From NCBI RefSeq assembly GCF_023055435.1, contig NW_025964361.1, forward strand, positions 18,662,001 to 18,726,000: DNA of 64,000 bases. The letters are read 5' to 3'. Under the pieces are notes generated by a model. It saw nothing but the letters and a program-made list of their open reading frames with translations, was not told the DNA's origin and searched no databases. Below are positions 23,915 through 37,285 of this stretch, piece after piece (position 1 is the stretch's first letter; the number at the start of each line of letters is the position of its first letter). A program made the position numbers and the translations under genes. Source of the DNA: Haliotis rufescens (Eukaryota).

Positions 23915-24875
23915 CCATAGACACCATCGACACAATAGTGCGGACACCATGTGTCAACAATTGACAAGCAGACACCTCCACTGTCACAGGCCACACCGAG
24001 GACCCTTTCTGACACCACGTCATCGCCGGGACCGTCTTCAGTGGGCAACACAGCACCAGCATTGGCGCCACCAGCAGTATGGAAGAGTCCTCTTTTCAGA
24101 CGAGAGCTGTTACTGTATCTCAACAGCAGATGGCAGAGAGAGAGTTTGGTGATGCCATGGGGAACATTATTCGGATGCTTGTGTTGTTGAGAGAGACTCA
24201 TGAGATGGTCCGAGCATCATGGTGTGGGGTGGAATTGGTCTTGCACAGAGGGTCCACCCTGTGGTCTTCCAGAACATCAGTCCAGGAAGAGGCAGTGGTG
24301 TCACAGCAGCTCGGTACATTGATCAAGTCTTGAGACCACACGTCATACCTCATTTGGCACATCGCCACAACCACGAGTTTCAGCGTGATAACGCCCGTGC
24401 CCAAACTACGAGAGCAACAAGAGACTTCCTCCAGCAGAATTGCATCAGAACCATGCATTTTCCTGCCCTCAGTCCTGATTTAAATCCCATTGAGCACCTG
24501 TTGGTCGAGATTCAAAGACGGCTGAATGACGTCCGACCAAGGCCGACAACTGCAGCTGAACTGCATCAGGCATTTCTCAGGGTGTGGGCTCAAGTGCCTA
24601 TGGCCTTCATCAACCGCCTCATCCATTCTATGTATCGACATTGCATGGCAGTCATCAATGCACATAGCGGACACACGACTGACTTGTGATGCCATTTTCT
24701 CAGAGGCTAGTGTTGTGTTTCACTTTAAGAACATTTGACACTTTAATTTCAACCTTGATGATCAGTTTTGCCAAGTTTCATCTTTTTAATATGTCTCAAA
24801 GTACGTTGACAGTGTTTGGACAAATAAGGTTTCTCATATATCTATCCATGGTGATGTTTCTTTTGCCGTTCAGTA
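23915..24875 (+). mobile_element. Tc1-like transposon, 5'-truncated
   Basis: VLFSDES, MVWGGI, FQRDNARA, SPDLNPIEHL (DD~34E); right TIR ggtgatgtttcttttgccgttcagta plus TA; homologous to 42815-44298. Confidence 0.9.
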
Positions 24876-25284
24876 TATATCAAACCCTAACCTGTAAAAC
24901 ACACACACACCCCTTAATTTGGAATTCCATTCGAATATCCTTTATCATGGTCATAATGAAAGTATGTCAGTCCAAATGTTTTATTGTACTTGTATATTTA
25001 AATTAAATACCTCTTAGTATAAGGTGGGTTCAGGTTTGTGCAAAATCATGTTTTTGCCATGAATATTAGCATTCATCAAAGGTTGTAACCCAAAACAGCT
25101 GTTAGTATTCCCTATGAATATTCACAATGAAATACTCATTTATTAATAATGCCAATGAAACACAGAGTTGCAACAGACTAGTTATTGTGATGATATTGGG
25201 TAACAACTAAAACTATACATACAGCACATATATGGACACAACATACATTTGGAGTTAATGGAATTCTCATGTTACTATCATGAC

Positions 25285-25715
25285 TCAGCATCAGTCCCCC
25301 CCAAGCATTGGGGTGATATGACACTATGTGAAGGAGCACCTGCATACAGCTGTAGACTCAGTGTGGTGATTGAGCATCAATCCCCCCCAAGCATTGGGGT
25401 GATATGACAGTATGTGAAGGAGCACCTGCATACAGCTGTAGACTCAGTGTGGTGATTGAGCATCAATCCCCCCCAAGCACAATCCCCCCAAGCATTGGGG
25501 TGATATGACAGTATGTGAAGGAGCACCTGCATACAGCTGTAGACTCAGTGTGGTGATTGAGCATCAGTCCCCCCCAAGCATTGGGATGATATGACGGTAT
25601 GTGAGGGAGCACCAGCATACAGCTGTAAGACTCAATGTGGTGATTGAGCATCAGTCCCCCCCCCCCCCCACCAAGCATTGGGGTGATATGACGGTATCTG
25701 AGGGAGCACCGGCAA
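25285..25715. repeat. Minisatellite, ~85-bp unit, about 5 copies
   Basis: agcatcagtccccccaagcattggggtgatatgac... recurring near 25288, 25373, 25459, 25560 and 25647, with variable poly-C length. Confidence 0.9.
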
Positions 25716-26223
25716 GGTCGTGCATAGTCCCGTGAACTTCCTCCCAATCACACATAAGAACTGTATATCGTATTGATATTTCCTCTATTAGACGCCAGGT
25801 CTCCAATACAAGCCAGGTCTCTTATACACACCAGGTCAACTGCTCTTCCGAAATTAGAAGAAAATACTGTGTGTTAAATATCGGATGTTTTGGGGGACGA
25901 TATGACCTTCCAGGCCATAACCCTCACTGCTTAGATGATGACACTACAAGACTTATTGAAGGCATATCTTTTGCATACAAATGATAACATTTATGTATCT
26001 GTTGGGGATATTTTCAGGGGCAAACAGGTAATTTCCTCATTGAAAAAACTAATAATGAAAGTAGAATATAACATTATAAAAGTGTTTAAAAAACAGTAGT
26101 GATGATGTGCTAAATGGGCTATTTTGCCTCACTGTAATTGTGGATGTCCACTTGTCGTATCATTTTAAAAAACATCACAATAATAAACTGTACAAATGCT
26201 GGATGAATCTCCACATGGTTTAA

Positions 26224-28677
26224 AGGGGCACTGATCTAACGCAATTCCCGGGGACTGGTTGTTGCCTTTGTTATTGTTTTTTCCCAGTGAGTACCCGGAT
26301 GTATAGCAGAAATCTAGACTAGTTCGCGACCTCTGCTGCGCCATTCGTAAGCGCATTAGTCACTTTTATGGATACCGGTAGTAATAAGGGCGTATGGTCA
26401 CATTGATCAACAAAATGAAACACAGTTTTCGAGAAAATAAGGAAATGTAGGTATCTTTGTGCGTAGCATCGGTAATGGTGACGAAGTTTTGATAAGTCAC
26501 TTGCTTGGTAATTTTGCGATTTTCGTTTACACTATTTTGACTTGCAACACAAAGCAAATATTTCATCTGAGCATTGCTTTTTTTATAGTGTGTATATTTT
26601 TTTTCTGTCAAAATGTGTAACATATTTATTAAACGTCTAAATATTCAGTTATTTTACAAAATGACTGAAAAACATTTCCATCTGTATTATTATGATAACG
26701 AATTCCAAACATTTTGATGTTTAATGTCATCACGAAGAGACTGAAAATGTTACGTTGAAAAGTACATTTCTATGTTGTTTGGCTTCTAATCCTACATAAT
26801 AATCTGTTGTGATGTTTGTAGGCCCATTTGATCGTCTTAATCAATCTGAACAGATTTTTTAGTCAAAATGACTGAAATATTTACACATTTTATAAATTGC
26901 CTGAGAGAATCACATTTTACCAATTGACGGTAATATATACACGCTTACAAAGGAAAAGACCTGTGAAAACGACGTCTATCGCGCATTGAAGAATTTCCCA
27001 ACCAAGACGTAGAGAAACAAGAACGAATCGGTTCAAATGAAGGAAAACAAAATGCAAATACCATAATTACAACCTACCAAATTTAAGTGTATAAATTTTA
27101 GGCAGGTTCCTTGTTCGAGGAATGTATCCGTGAATATCCACACAAAGGAATAATATCCCACTCGTCTGCAGCTATACAAAGAAACTTATTCGATGTCACG
27201 TGTCTCTGTAACAATCAAATATTCTAAAAGATATATATCGTTTCGGGATATTATAACCCGTGTTCATTTCTCAACTGATCACTTGGATTGTTTCAGGTGT
27301 TTCACATAGATGTCAAGTCTCAAGGGTCGGCTGAGAAAGGCCACGTGACAACTTTTTTCATAACGTCCACGGTTCCTAAAAAATCCATTGAGTGATAGAT
27401 AACAATGATCAATCAATCAACGTATTATCAGTTAACCCTTTGAACAAAGTATGTTGTTTTTACATCGGCACGTCACGCCATGATATGAGTGTATTCCCTT
27501 TGTTTTAGTAAACCTGTAAACACTCACTTTTGACATATCCACTGTGCAAGATAACAGTGATTAATCAATCAACATATTTTCTGTTAATCCTTTGATGACT
27601 AGGAACGATCCGTTGATTTACAAAAAAAAGTAAATCAACTGATCATTCATCTCTTGCTGGGCTGCCACGTGCATATTACATAACACACATTTCACCTCAC
27701 TTCAAACCTGGATTTAGATTGAATAATTACCCCAGACACAATAAATGCCAAATGGGAACCTTGTCAGGTAATCTAAGTGGTGCTACCACTAATTCTACTT
27801 GTAATAAATTCATTAACTGAGCATCAAGTGAATGACGACAAATACACAAGTGTAGGGTTATACGAGATAACGTGGATGACAACAAGGGAGTAGTAATCGT
27901 ATTATCGACGCAATCCGGAATCCGAAAATGCTTTCACTGCATGGATACTTTTTTTAGTATCAAACTATAACCATCTGGGGTATTTCCAAATGATGACATC
28001 CGATGAGCTCTGCCGTTCTTTTTGTCTGTTTGTTTAGGCTGAAGAAATGAATTAACATGCGCCCTTTGTCGAAATCTTTATAGATCACAGTTAACCAATC
28101 AGTGTTTATGCAAAAATGCGTAAAACAAATATGCCAAATGGGAACCTTGTCAGGTAATCTAAGTGGTGCTACCACTAATTCTACTTGTAATAAATTCATT
28201 AACTGAGCATCAAGTGAATGACGACAAATACACAAGTGTAGGGTTATACGAGATAACGTGGATGACAACAAGGGAGTAGTAATCGTATTATCGACGCAAT
28301 CCGGAATCCGAAAATGCTTTCACTGCATGGATACTTTTTTTAGTATCAAACTATAACCATCTGGGGTATTTCCAAATGATGACATCCGATGAGCTCTGCC
28401 GTTCTTTTTGTCTGTTTGTTTAGGCTGAAGAAATGAATTAACATGCGCCCTTTGTCGAAATCTTTATAGATCACAGTTAACCAATCAGTGTTTATGCAAA
28501 AATGCGTAAAACAAATATTGCCTCCAGCCTCCAAGTTTATTTAGCTGTCCTTGCAGACGGTAGCCCAGTCTCTGGTCACGCTCAGTTGCGTTGCGTATCA
28601 TCCGGGTACTCACGGGGGGAAAAAACAATAACAAAGGCAACAACCGGTCCGGGGAATTGCGTTAGATCAGTGCCCCT
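26224..28677. mobile_element. Non-autonomous Kolobok-type element (TTAA TSD)
   Basis: ~75-bp TIRs aggggcactgatctaacgcaattccc / gggaattgcgttagatcagtgcccct; TTAA at 26220-26223 and 28678-28681; purine-purine termini. Confidence 0.8.
27745..28516. repeat. Apparently perfect 386-bp tandem duplication
   Basis: 27745-28130 repeats at 28131-28516; I found no mismatch by eye. Confidence 0.9.
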
Positions 28678-28699
28678 TTAACAGTATCAAGCAAGTTAC

Positions 28700-28751
28700 C
28701 TGATATGTCTTTTTGCATTCCTTTTCCTCCTGTTTTCATTTTCTGTTGAAA
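28700..28751 (-). CDS. VWA3B: 52-nt internal coding exon of VWA3B-like gene
   Basis: Strong acceptor ttttattttcag and donor gtaact; phase 1 to 2, exactly bridging the 34110 (phase 1) and 20097 (phase 2) exons; VSTENENRRKRNAKRHIR. Confidence 0.75.
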
Positions 28752-29499
28752 CTGAAAATAAAAAAACTAATGTGTAAGACTTTTCAAAAGTTGATTTTAA
28801 ACGACAAGGCAACTCACCTGTTCAAAAAGCATCCGGTTAAAATTTGATTTGTTATTTTCTCAATGCTTTTAGAAAGTGTCAGTTAATCAGACAAATCATT
28901 CAAAACTGTTCACATGATGCTGAGCCTCCAATAAATATGAAACTTATTTCTGAGCTACAAATTTGAATATATTTATATAAGTATTTTATCTTGGTGGTGT
29001 CCACGATTATTGGTACAAAGGAAATTCTTGTCCCAGTGATATCACAGAGTAGAAAATCAGATCATAGTTTCTGCTATAATATGATCTGATTAGTGATAAC
29101 TTGAATCACTTAGGTATAAAATCCAGATAACCAGATACATTTTCTTGGTCATCTGATTCACTTTACAAAGTTTGTTTTCATCTTCCAACCAGAGAGGAAT
29201 TTGTGAACACTTACAAATCACATTATAAATTTCAAATTAATTTGTTAATCCATCCTGGGGGTAGATATTTTGATGATGACTGGTGACAAAGATATAATTA
29301 TTTTCAAGTCTGTTAACATTTCATTGACATGAGATATGTAAAAATTATTTTCACACTGTTGATATGTAAGCATGAAATAATAGTTAAATTCCTGTTGTGT
29401 TCATTGTAATTCCTGCTTTCTGATTAGCTAAAATTGGTCACATGTTGTTGCATTCATTTCCCAATGAATGTAAAAAATTAAGCCACGCCCATCAAAGTA

Positions 29500-32400
29500 G
29501 ACTACTTTTATTACTACGGAATGTCGGGAATCCCAATATATTACAGTTGATGGAATTTCCTTTCTCCTCACATGTATTGTCATGCACAGGGCATTTAGCA
29601 AAATTCATGCATATTCATTGTCCAAACTACCCTTTGAGACGGCCAAGAAAGAATGAAACAGCAGAAGTGCAGGCTCACTCGCTTGTTTTTTATGCAAGCA
29701 TGGGTTCCACAAATTCAATGTCTTCAGGTCATTCCTCACCTGCATTTTTCCAACTGTGTCTTCCCCTTCTCAGGGAACTAATGTTTGAATCTGGTGGTAA
29801 CTGAACATGTCATTTGAAACAGCCGCCTTCTCACGGACATTTTTGTTCCGGTTTGTTACAGTCTGAGTGTTGCAGTTCTTCTCTCCTATTGCCTTAATTG
29901 ACAGATCCTGGCTGGATGTTGCGTAAATAAAATCTAGTGAAGGTATTGTGTGAACCCCATTGGCATCCAGCTATGACTTTTCAATGAACACGGATGACCA
30001 GGACGTCAGACTCAGATTTCATTGCCAGAGCTAGAATCCATAGTAGGAGGAGTATCTTGTTCTTGCTGATAACTTGTTGCTATGGTAGTCTTAAGTCATC
30101 TAGCAACCGTAGCTTTAGTGATATCTTTATCTGAGTGGGTCTTGCACGAGATGAAGAGACATCCTCGATGTCAGCGATGTGGATCAGTGGCTGTCAGGTA
30201 GAACTTATAGGGCAAAGGAGGCGATCAGGATGATCCACTGTAGGTGCCAAGGCAGGAATAGTATAATGTCTGTGACCCAATGGACCAGTAGCTGTGGACT
30301 AATTCTTGGCTATAAAGTCGGGTAAGGACCGCAAGGTGATGGAGGTCCAGTTGGGAGCATGAATGAAAATGGAATAGTCGAGAGCGTGGAGTTCAGATAC
30401 TTAAGCTGCGGTAGCCACGGCTAGAAAAAATGCTGCTTTACGGGATTTTTGGAGGAGAGTAGCGTTTCCAAGAGGTTCTTATGGAGCGGCTAATAGAGCA
30501 GACAGGACGACTGATAAATCGGACTGACAAAGACCGGAAGTTGATGGTTGAGACAGGTCGCAAAGAGGTCCAAATGCGGTGTGTCCTAAACAGAGGTTAT
30601 CCAATTAAAGACGTCTGGGTGAAAGAGCCTACTCCATGGGTACGATACTCACTCTCCAGGATAAGCTGTCCGCTAGTGTGTTCAGTTTGCTTGGAATATG
30701 TCTCGCTTCCATCCGGCAGTTGAATGAGTCGGCCAAGGTAAATAGCTGAGTAGTTTCCGTCATCTGTTAACGGGACTTGGTTCCGCCCTGTCTCTGAATG
30801 TAGGCCACCACTGTTGTGTTGTCTGTGGCAATCAGAACGGAAGATTTGATAAGACGATTTTCCAAGTCTGTAGAGCATAATGGATTACTTTCATCTCTCT
30901 GCAGTTTATGTGTATAGCTGTTTCCGTCTCGGTCCATAAACGCTGAACTTGGAGGTCGTCCATGTGAGCTCTCCAACCTGATTCTGAGGCATCTGTGAAC
31001 AGGTGTTGTTCGGGAGCTGGTAAGGTGAGAGGAATCCCTGACATGACAAGATCTCGTTGAGTCCACCAGATTAGATCTTGACGTAGGTGGAGAGGTATGA
31101 GTACCTGTGTATCCAAGATAGTAGGGAATTGATCCAATTCTGCAGTGGGCGTGATTATCATATCTTGTAAAGAGGACAGCATTCCCATTAGAGACATCCA
31201 CCATCTGATCGATGTGCATCCAATTTTCGGGGTATGACAAAAGACGCCCTTCCATCGGGCCCTGAGAAGGCTGAATGGAGGAAGTCGTGTATCATAATCT
31301 GTAGACAAAGCCTGTTCGATTGGATCTGCGACGTTTGGAGGGGGAAGAAACAAGTCATCTTCTGTCCCACAACCTCCGGACTTGAAACCTCTATGGCCTG
31401 ATCCACGGCCTTTGGAGTCTGAGTTAGGAAAAGAGTCTGTCGATGGGTTGTCATAACGCCCGGATGCCTTGTAGGATTCCTTTCCTGACGGGATGTACTT
31501 CTTATGAGGCAGTTTGTGAAAGGAGGAATCCCTGGCCAGTTCCCATGATCGTTTAGATCTGAGATCCATGCACCTTGACTGCCAAGTTGATTGTAGAGAC
31601 TTGGAATCTTTCTGTCGTGTCTTGTCGGACTTCATCCAAGATCATGCCCAGTTTGTTCTTAAACAAAGTTGATGATGTAACAGGCTGTGACATAACTGTC
31701 TGTTTAGCATGCTTGGAGACGGCCCGAGATCTGACTTGAGACAGGAGTTGTTGTCGCTGAAGCCATAGAAGCTGGGAGGGAGTCCAAACTTGTGTGGATA
31801 ACATGTCCCCTTGCATGCGGATGATCGCATCCAGCAAGCTGTAGATAAGTCCCACTTGTTCCGTTTGGATGGTTTCTCCCGGGACATAATCAAAGGACAT
31901 TGGTAGAGGCGGCATCGCGTCACGAATTCCGGCGATGAACCAATTCAGGTAAGTGCCAATGTCCATAGAGTACATGTTGACGGTATATAGGTCCTTGACT
32001 CAGCCAGCCGGGAGAGAGAGTTTGGTGTTAGGGGTCGTTCATCTGGTCAAGGATCCTGGGGTATAACTTGGCCACAGTAGTGTACAGTGGATATGAGTTG
32101 TTTATGAAGAAGCATGGCATCCAACAGTGTGGGAGTCATGCGGTGACCGGCTCAATCTGGTAACGGTAGATGTGGCTTCAGGTCGGCCCGTGTGGTCCGT
32201 GCGGGAGCCGTACGGGATCTTCAGTGGCTTAGTTGGTCGGCTCTGAGGGGGTAAGGCGTGCTTGCCACTACCCTACTGTTCATCAGGAAGTCGTGATCTG
32301 GACGTGCTGGTTGTCGTTGCGGATGACTTAGGCTCAGTAGACTACTTTGGCCGGGGAAGACTTCTGGGCCTGCAATTTCTTCAGTTTGTCTTCTTCCAAA

Positions 32401-32660
32401 ATGATGGCAGCTAGTCGGGTGTTGATCAGAGCTTTCATGGAGGCCTGCTGTAGGGCGAACAACTTTTCCAGGGCGCTGATCTGGAACCCCGAGGCTTGAT
32501 CTGGTTGGGGTGTCAAAGGGGTAGATGGCATAGAGATGGTCTCCTTGGTGGAAGATAGGATTGAGTCCACCTTCTTCTTGGCAGCCTCCTTGTGTTTAGC
32601 CTTAACAATGGAGGCATTCGGCTTCATGAAGAAGGACTTGGAGAGGGGAGACCACAGGTA
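29500..32660 (-). mobile_element. DIRS retrotransposon, internally deleted
   Basis: ORF1 pieces at 32627-31550; RNase H LFTDASESGWRAH, HINCREMK, IATDNTTVVAYIQRQGGTKS; tyrosine-recombinase motifs (AFFLAVATAA*VSELHAL, FIAKN, RLLCP, TKATVAR) at 30450-29930; RT core absent. Confidence 0.85.
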
Positions 32661-33269
32661 TTATCTAAAGATATACAAATTTGATTATACAATTCAATTA
32701 ACAGATGGATAATGGAATGAAAACCCAACTGGTATTATATAACAATTAATTGTCATGAAAATACCCGTAAAGTTGCTTAAATACAGGTCTTGATGAGTGA
32801 TATTGGTCTGTAATTTGACACAACTGAATGATTTCCTTTCTTACACAAAGGCATAACATGCACTATTTTTCCATTCTTATTGACATGCATTTAAGTTAAT
32901 GAAAGAATGAACCAAGAAACATAAAACAATACTCATGCTGTTTACTAATTTCTTTAATACGCTATTAATTATTCTGTCTGGACCAGGTAACAAACTATTT
33001 TTGAAGACATCTTATTATTTCAGATATTTCATTTTCTGTTAATTTATCAAAAATAAAAACATTCGGAAGAATGTCAGGGGCTTAGCAAATATGTTAATAT
33101 TAAATAGAACTACATTTATATTTGTCATCCATTTCAAACTTCTGACGTCATCATGATACTCCAATCTACAATGGCTCTGAAAACGTCCCTTCCAGCTTGG
33201 ATGACATCATTCCAGTGACTTCAAATCAGGATTCCTGGAGAACTTCTGTGAGACGACTGGGCTGCAACT

Positions 33270-33660
33270 ACTTGTCCCAGAGTGTAAAGCCCTTTAAAGT
33301 CTTTAAAGGTTGAATATCACGCAAGTAGAAGTGAATGTGTTAGCAGTCTTCCACTGGCAATTTGACAGTAACTGTTCCATGGATTCTGAGTTCCAGGATG
33401 CTAGGCTGGTAAACAGTGCTCACATCGCGTGGTCTGTAAAAGGATCCAAACGCAGAAGTAGACAGATGTGCATGGCTGTAATGGTGGTGTCCACCAGCAA
33501 GCCTGCGTCAATGGCATCTGTGATATCTTTATGTGGATTTTTTTGTGGATAGGCCATTCTGTTGTTACTATTCTCTGGCTGAATAAGCTGTCTGCTAACA
33601 TGATGGGCTTCCTTGGTATACAACAAGCTTCCATACTGCAGCTGATTGAGTCTTCCAAGG
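33270..33660 (-). mobile_element. DIRS tyrosine recombinase C-terminal fragment
   Basis: HAM*ALFTSLASWNSESMEQLLSNCQWKTANTFT-like motif (H..RA..TS...W....TF). Confidence 0.55.
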
Positions 33661-33665
33661 CAGCT

Positions 33666-33740
33666 TCATTAAAAATCAGGTCTTAGTTCTCGCTACCACA
33701 AAACAAAGATCTGAGACATCCCATTAAAGGTCACGTCAGG
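33666..33740 (+). mobile_element. Left TIR fragment of the CAATCTCATTAAAATCAGA MITE
   Basis: tcattaaaaatcaggtcttagttctcgctacc...acatcccatta matches 15031-15105. Confidence 0.8.
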
Positions 33741-34109
33741 TATATAGTCATGACAATAGGGTTCTTCCAAATATTGGGGTTGCCAGACAGACAACATCAA
33801 CTATCTTCCCAATCGCTTGTAATTCAGCTTTTTCGTAAAAAAGTCTTGAGATGAGATTAGTTAGTCACTGTCTTGTAAAACCCCAAGCTTAGCAGGCTAC
33901 TCTGTGAAAATGGACATCACGTCACAATTGACCCAGTTTGCACTTGGAGTAATTATCATAAGAGTCTGCTGATTGTTGCAAAATAAATTTAGCATTATCT
34001 TACTGAAACATTGAAAATAAGTCTGTTCCTAATATCCCTGCTACAGGAAACTCATGCATAATTTCCAACTGTCACCTGGTAGTGTTTCTCAAGTTATGAT
34101 CATCAATAC

Positions 34110-34238
34110 CTTTGTGCTGTTCATGTTGCCGCTCAGCTTGTCTGTCAAACAGTTGTTTCGTTTCTGGCAAAAGCCACTTAGACCTGGTAAAACGTCCAGC
34201 GCTGTTCAGTGTGCGAAGGAGACTGGTACGAGTGTGAC
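34110..34238 (-). CDS. VWA3B: Internal coding exon of VWA3B-like gene
   Basis: Acceptor acaacag, donor gtattg; 129 nt, phase 1 to 1; HTRTSLLRTLNSAGRFTRSKWLLPETKQLF; the TSLLR motif is recalled from VWA3B. Confidence 0.75.
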
Positions 34239-36569
34239 CTGTTGTCAAACATTCAAACAATAGATCTCACATAGGAATTATATCTTCTACATGGTCATTT
34301 CCATATCCACTAAACTTCAAATTAGTTCATACATTACATCCTAACTAAATAGCACAAAGGAAAAACTGATCTTCTTGTATCAACTAGGAAATGAGGCATT
34401 CTATGATAATACACTTTACATAACATACTTACAATAATACTAGTCAGTATGTTATCTCAACTTGCAACACAATAGCCAAACTTTTTGGAGTACTTGGAGT
34501 ACACAAAGCCAACAAAGTCAACAAAGTCAACAAAGCTTGGACATTTACCAGGTGGATTTCTGATCGTTACATGTGACCTGTGAATCGCCAGGTCTCATCC
34601 TCTGCTTGATATCATATCAACAGGGTGGGAATAATGGTATTATCATAAGTTTTCCACATTTTCACTGCTATACTTACAATACCCGCTCAACTTTTAGACT
34701 TGAGACAGTAGCCCATGTAGGTTTACAATGTATCTTTTTTGACATATGATGTATGAACTGGTTAAGTGACTTCCTTCTATCAGCGTGATGGAAAAAATTG
34801 TAAGGACATTATATCTACATGGTATTATGTATTCACTATTTCATCTGATAATAAACTGTTATCTTTGGAGTCACCAAGCACCAATACTAAGTATGCTTAT
34901 TGGGCAATTGTCAAAATCACAAAGTCCAATGAAATCATGTCTACTTAAGACAACATGGCAGTCTATATTCATTTCCAATATCCTCTGAGAATTAGTGGTA
35001 AATTTTAGTCCCTAAAAAACTTCCTCTTATTAATTATAACAAAAACCAAACACAAAGTGGAGCGAAGGGGAAATGCCATACTTTGAGTGTGGAATAGTCC
35101 TGAGGGGAAATATCCATGTGGGGCATTGTCCATGTGGGGAATGTCAGGACCAAAGGATATTGATGCAGGAACAACTGCCTTCCCACAAAATTATAGGAAA
35201 TGAAAAGCCAGTTGGTAAGAGTACCATTTTAAGGTAGATAAACACATATCTAGATCAGTTTTTCTCAGGGTCAGAGACAGTGAGGGAAAAACTATCGTAG
35301 GTAGCACTTCAGAAGCAGCTGATTAATATGAGCAAGCAGTCTTAGCCTTCAGCTTTTGCTTGAAGTTCAAGAGATGCAATCAGCCTCCATGCTTAAAAAG
35401 CCTGCATTTCAAGAGGATGCCAAATAGTCTTCTGACATTTTCAGATAGTTGTGACAATGACAGTGCCATGAAGTCTCTAGAGGGAGTACACAGGCAGCGC
35501 TACTAATACCTTGAGGAAAGTGAAAACCAGGGTTGTGCTGGCCACCAAGGTGCTACCAGTCTCAGCCCTGAGATGGAAAAGTGTAAGTCTTGTGATTGAG
35601 TCTTGTGGCAAGAAGGTCATAGAGAGAACAATCCCAAGGCCACACTCATCTTAAGTGTCCCCATTTTTAATGACTTAAACTTTCCCCTTGATATGCCTTG
35701 CTATCAGGTGACCCTTGAACTGTCTGACACCAAACAAAGACGATACTAGCTGCATTGTCCAACTGCAATAGGTTCACCTTTTCAACTGAGAGAGAGGTAA
35801 ACTGCCAGATTGACCTCTCAATTGCCAACACATTGATGTGGAAGGGATACACTACAGACTCCTAAAGCCCACTGGGTTGATAATGACTGAGAAATGTCTC
35901 AAGCCATTCTCAGCTGCCAATCTACCCAGAATCTACCCCCAGGGGGTATAATCGGGGAGTTCCTAGAATCTACCCAGGTGTAGATAATAATAAATTGTTA
36001 ACGAATCAAAAAATTTAAAATGTTGTTTTATGCATGCAAAGAAGCCAATCTCACTCTCATATGTGAAGAGGGACAGACATGGTAGAGGAGGATGCAAGGG
36101 ACAGTTCTGTTGCAGAATTCATGCTTCAAGTCATTGTATGAATCTGTCCCAATGCAGACCATCCAACTTTCCGGCTAGCTGAAGCTGAAACTGAAGTGCT
36201 TGTTTCACTAGTTTTGCCACTGTCAGTATCCTCAAAAAGGACTCTTTCTGACTAAAACTGTCCCAGCAGTACAGCTAGATTGGTGTATGTGATGAAATGG
36301 TAGTTGGCTGGAGCCGTAGTGAAATAGTATAAATCAAATTCTACACAGAGAAAAGTGTACTGATGCTCTCGGACAAGTTTTGATATCTTGGGATTTAGTA
36401 CACGTCCCTATAGCACATAAACCCTGAACAAGGCACATATCTAAATTGTTTTGTTGGGATGTGTGAATCATCCAATCTACCCCCTTTTCCCAGAATCTAC
36501 CCTTTTCCCAGAATCAACCCCAGGGATATACTCTGGGAGTTCCCAGAACTTACCTTGAGGTATAATCTC

Positions 36570-36890
36570 TAAAGGCAGGGTTCCACAACGGAATTTACTC
36601 AAAATACTTCTTTCATATCTATCAAGTGAAGCACTGACATACTTCTCAATATAAAAATCAGTTTTAAATTGTCTGTACATTCTTAGCTTATTACCATTTA
36701 CTAAATTTCTATCATTCCATAATTGTTGCAGAATCAAATTCAGCTGAGGATATGTCAAAAACATTTGACTCAGTTAAAGCCCAGTTTAGAATAAGTAAAA
36801 TTAAGTTTACATAAATGCCTATTCAGTACACATCTACTTTGTTTTAAAACATTCATATCCTGTTATTTAAATTGCCACACCAGTTCAAAT
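36570..36890 (-). pseudogene. LINE ORF2 C-terminal fragment
   Basis: NKLRMYRQFK..FYIEKYV...RSILSKFRCGTLPLEI. Confidence 0.75.
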
Positions 36891-36897
36891 ATAAATA

Positions 36898-37285
36898 CAG
36901 TCAAGTCTCGTTAATCCGACAATCTGCTTTATCCGACTCCGACACACGTAATTTGCAACGATTTACCGAAATCACTCATTAATCAGTCTTGTTAATCCGA
37001 CACAGTGATCAGCATACTCCGTGGTCATTCCCCCCGCGAGTACACAGCATGTGTTTTGATGCCAGACAAGCCGGCTGGTAGCTGCATATTACAACGGCTG
37101 CAGAGATAAACTTGCTTAACAATAAACAATTAATGAACAATTAGTGTTTGTATTGTTATCTATCATATAGTTGTCTGATTTTTGATCACTAACGTTGATA
37201 CTACTTAATTTTGTTTATCCAACATCCTCGTTAATCCGACATAATCATATGCAACCAATCATGTCGGATCAATGGGACTTGATTG
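36898..37285. mobile_element. Tigger-like MITE
   Basis: TA plus cagtcaagtctcgttaatccgaca ... tgtcggatcaatgggacttgattg; internal ttaatccgac subrepeats. Confidence 0.7.
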
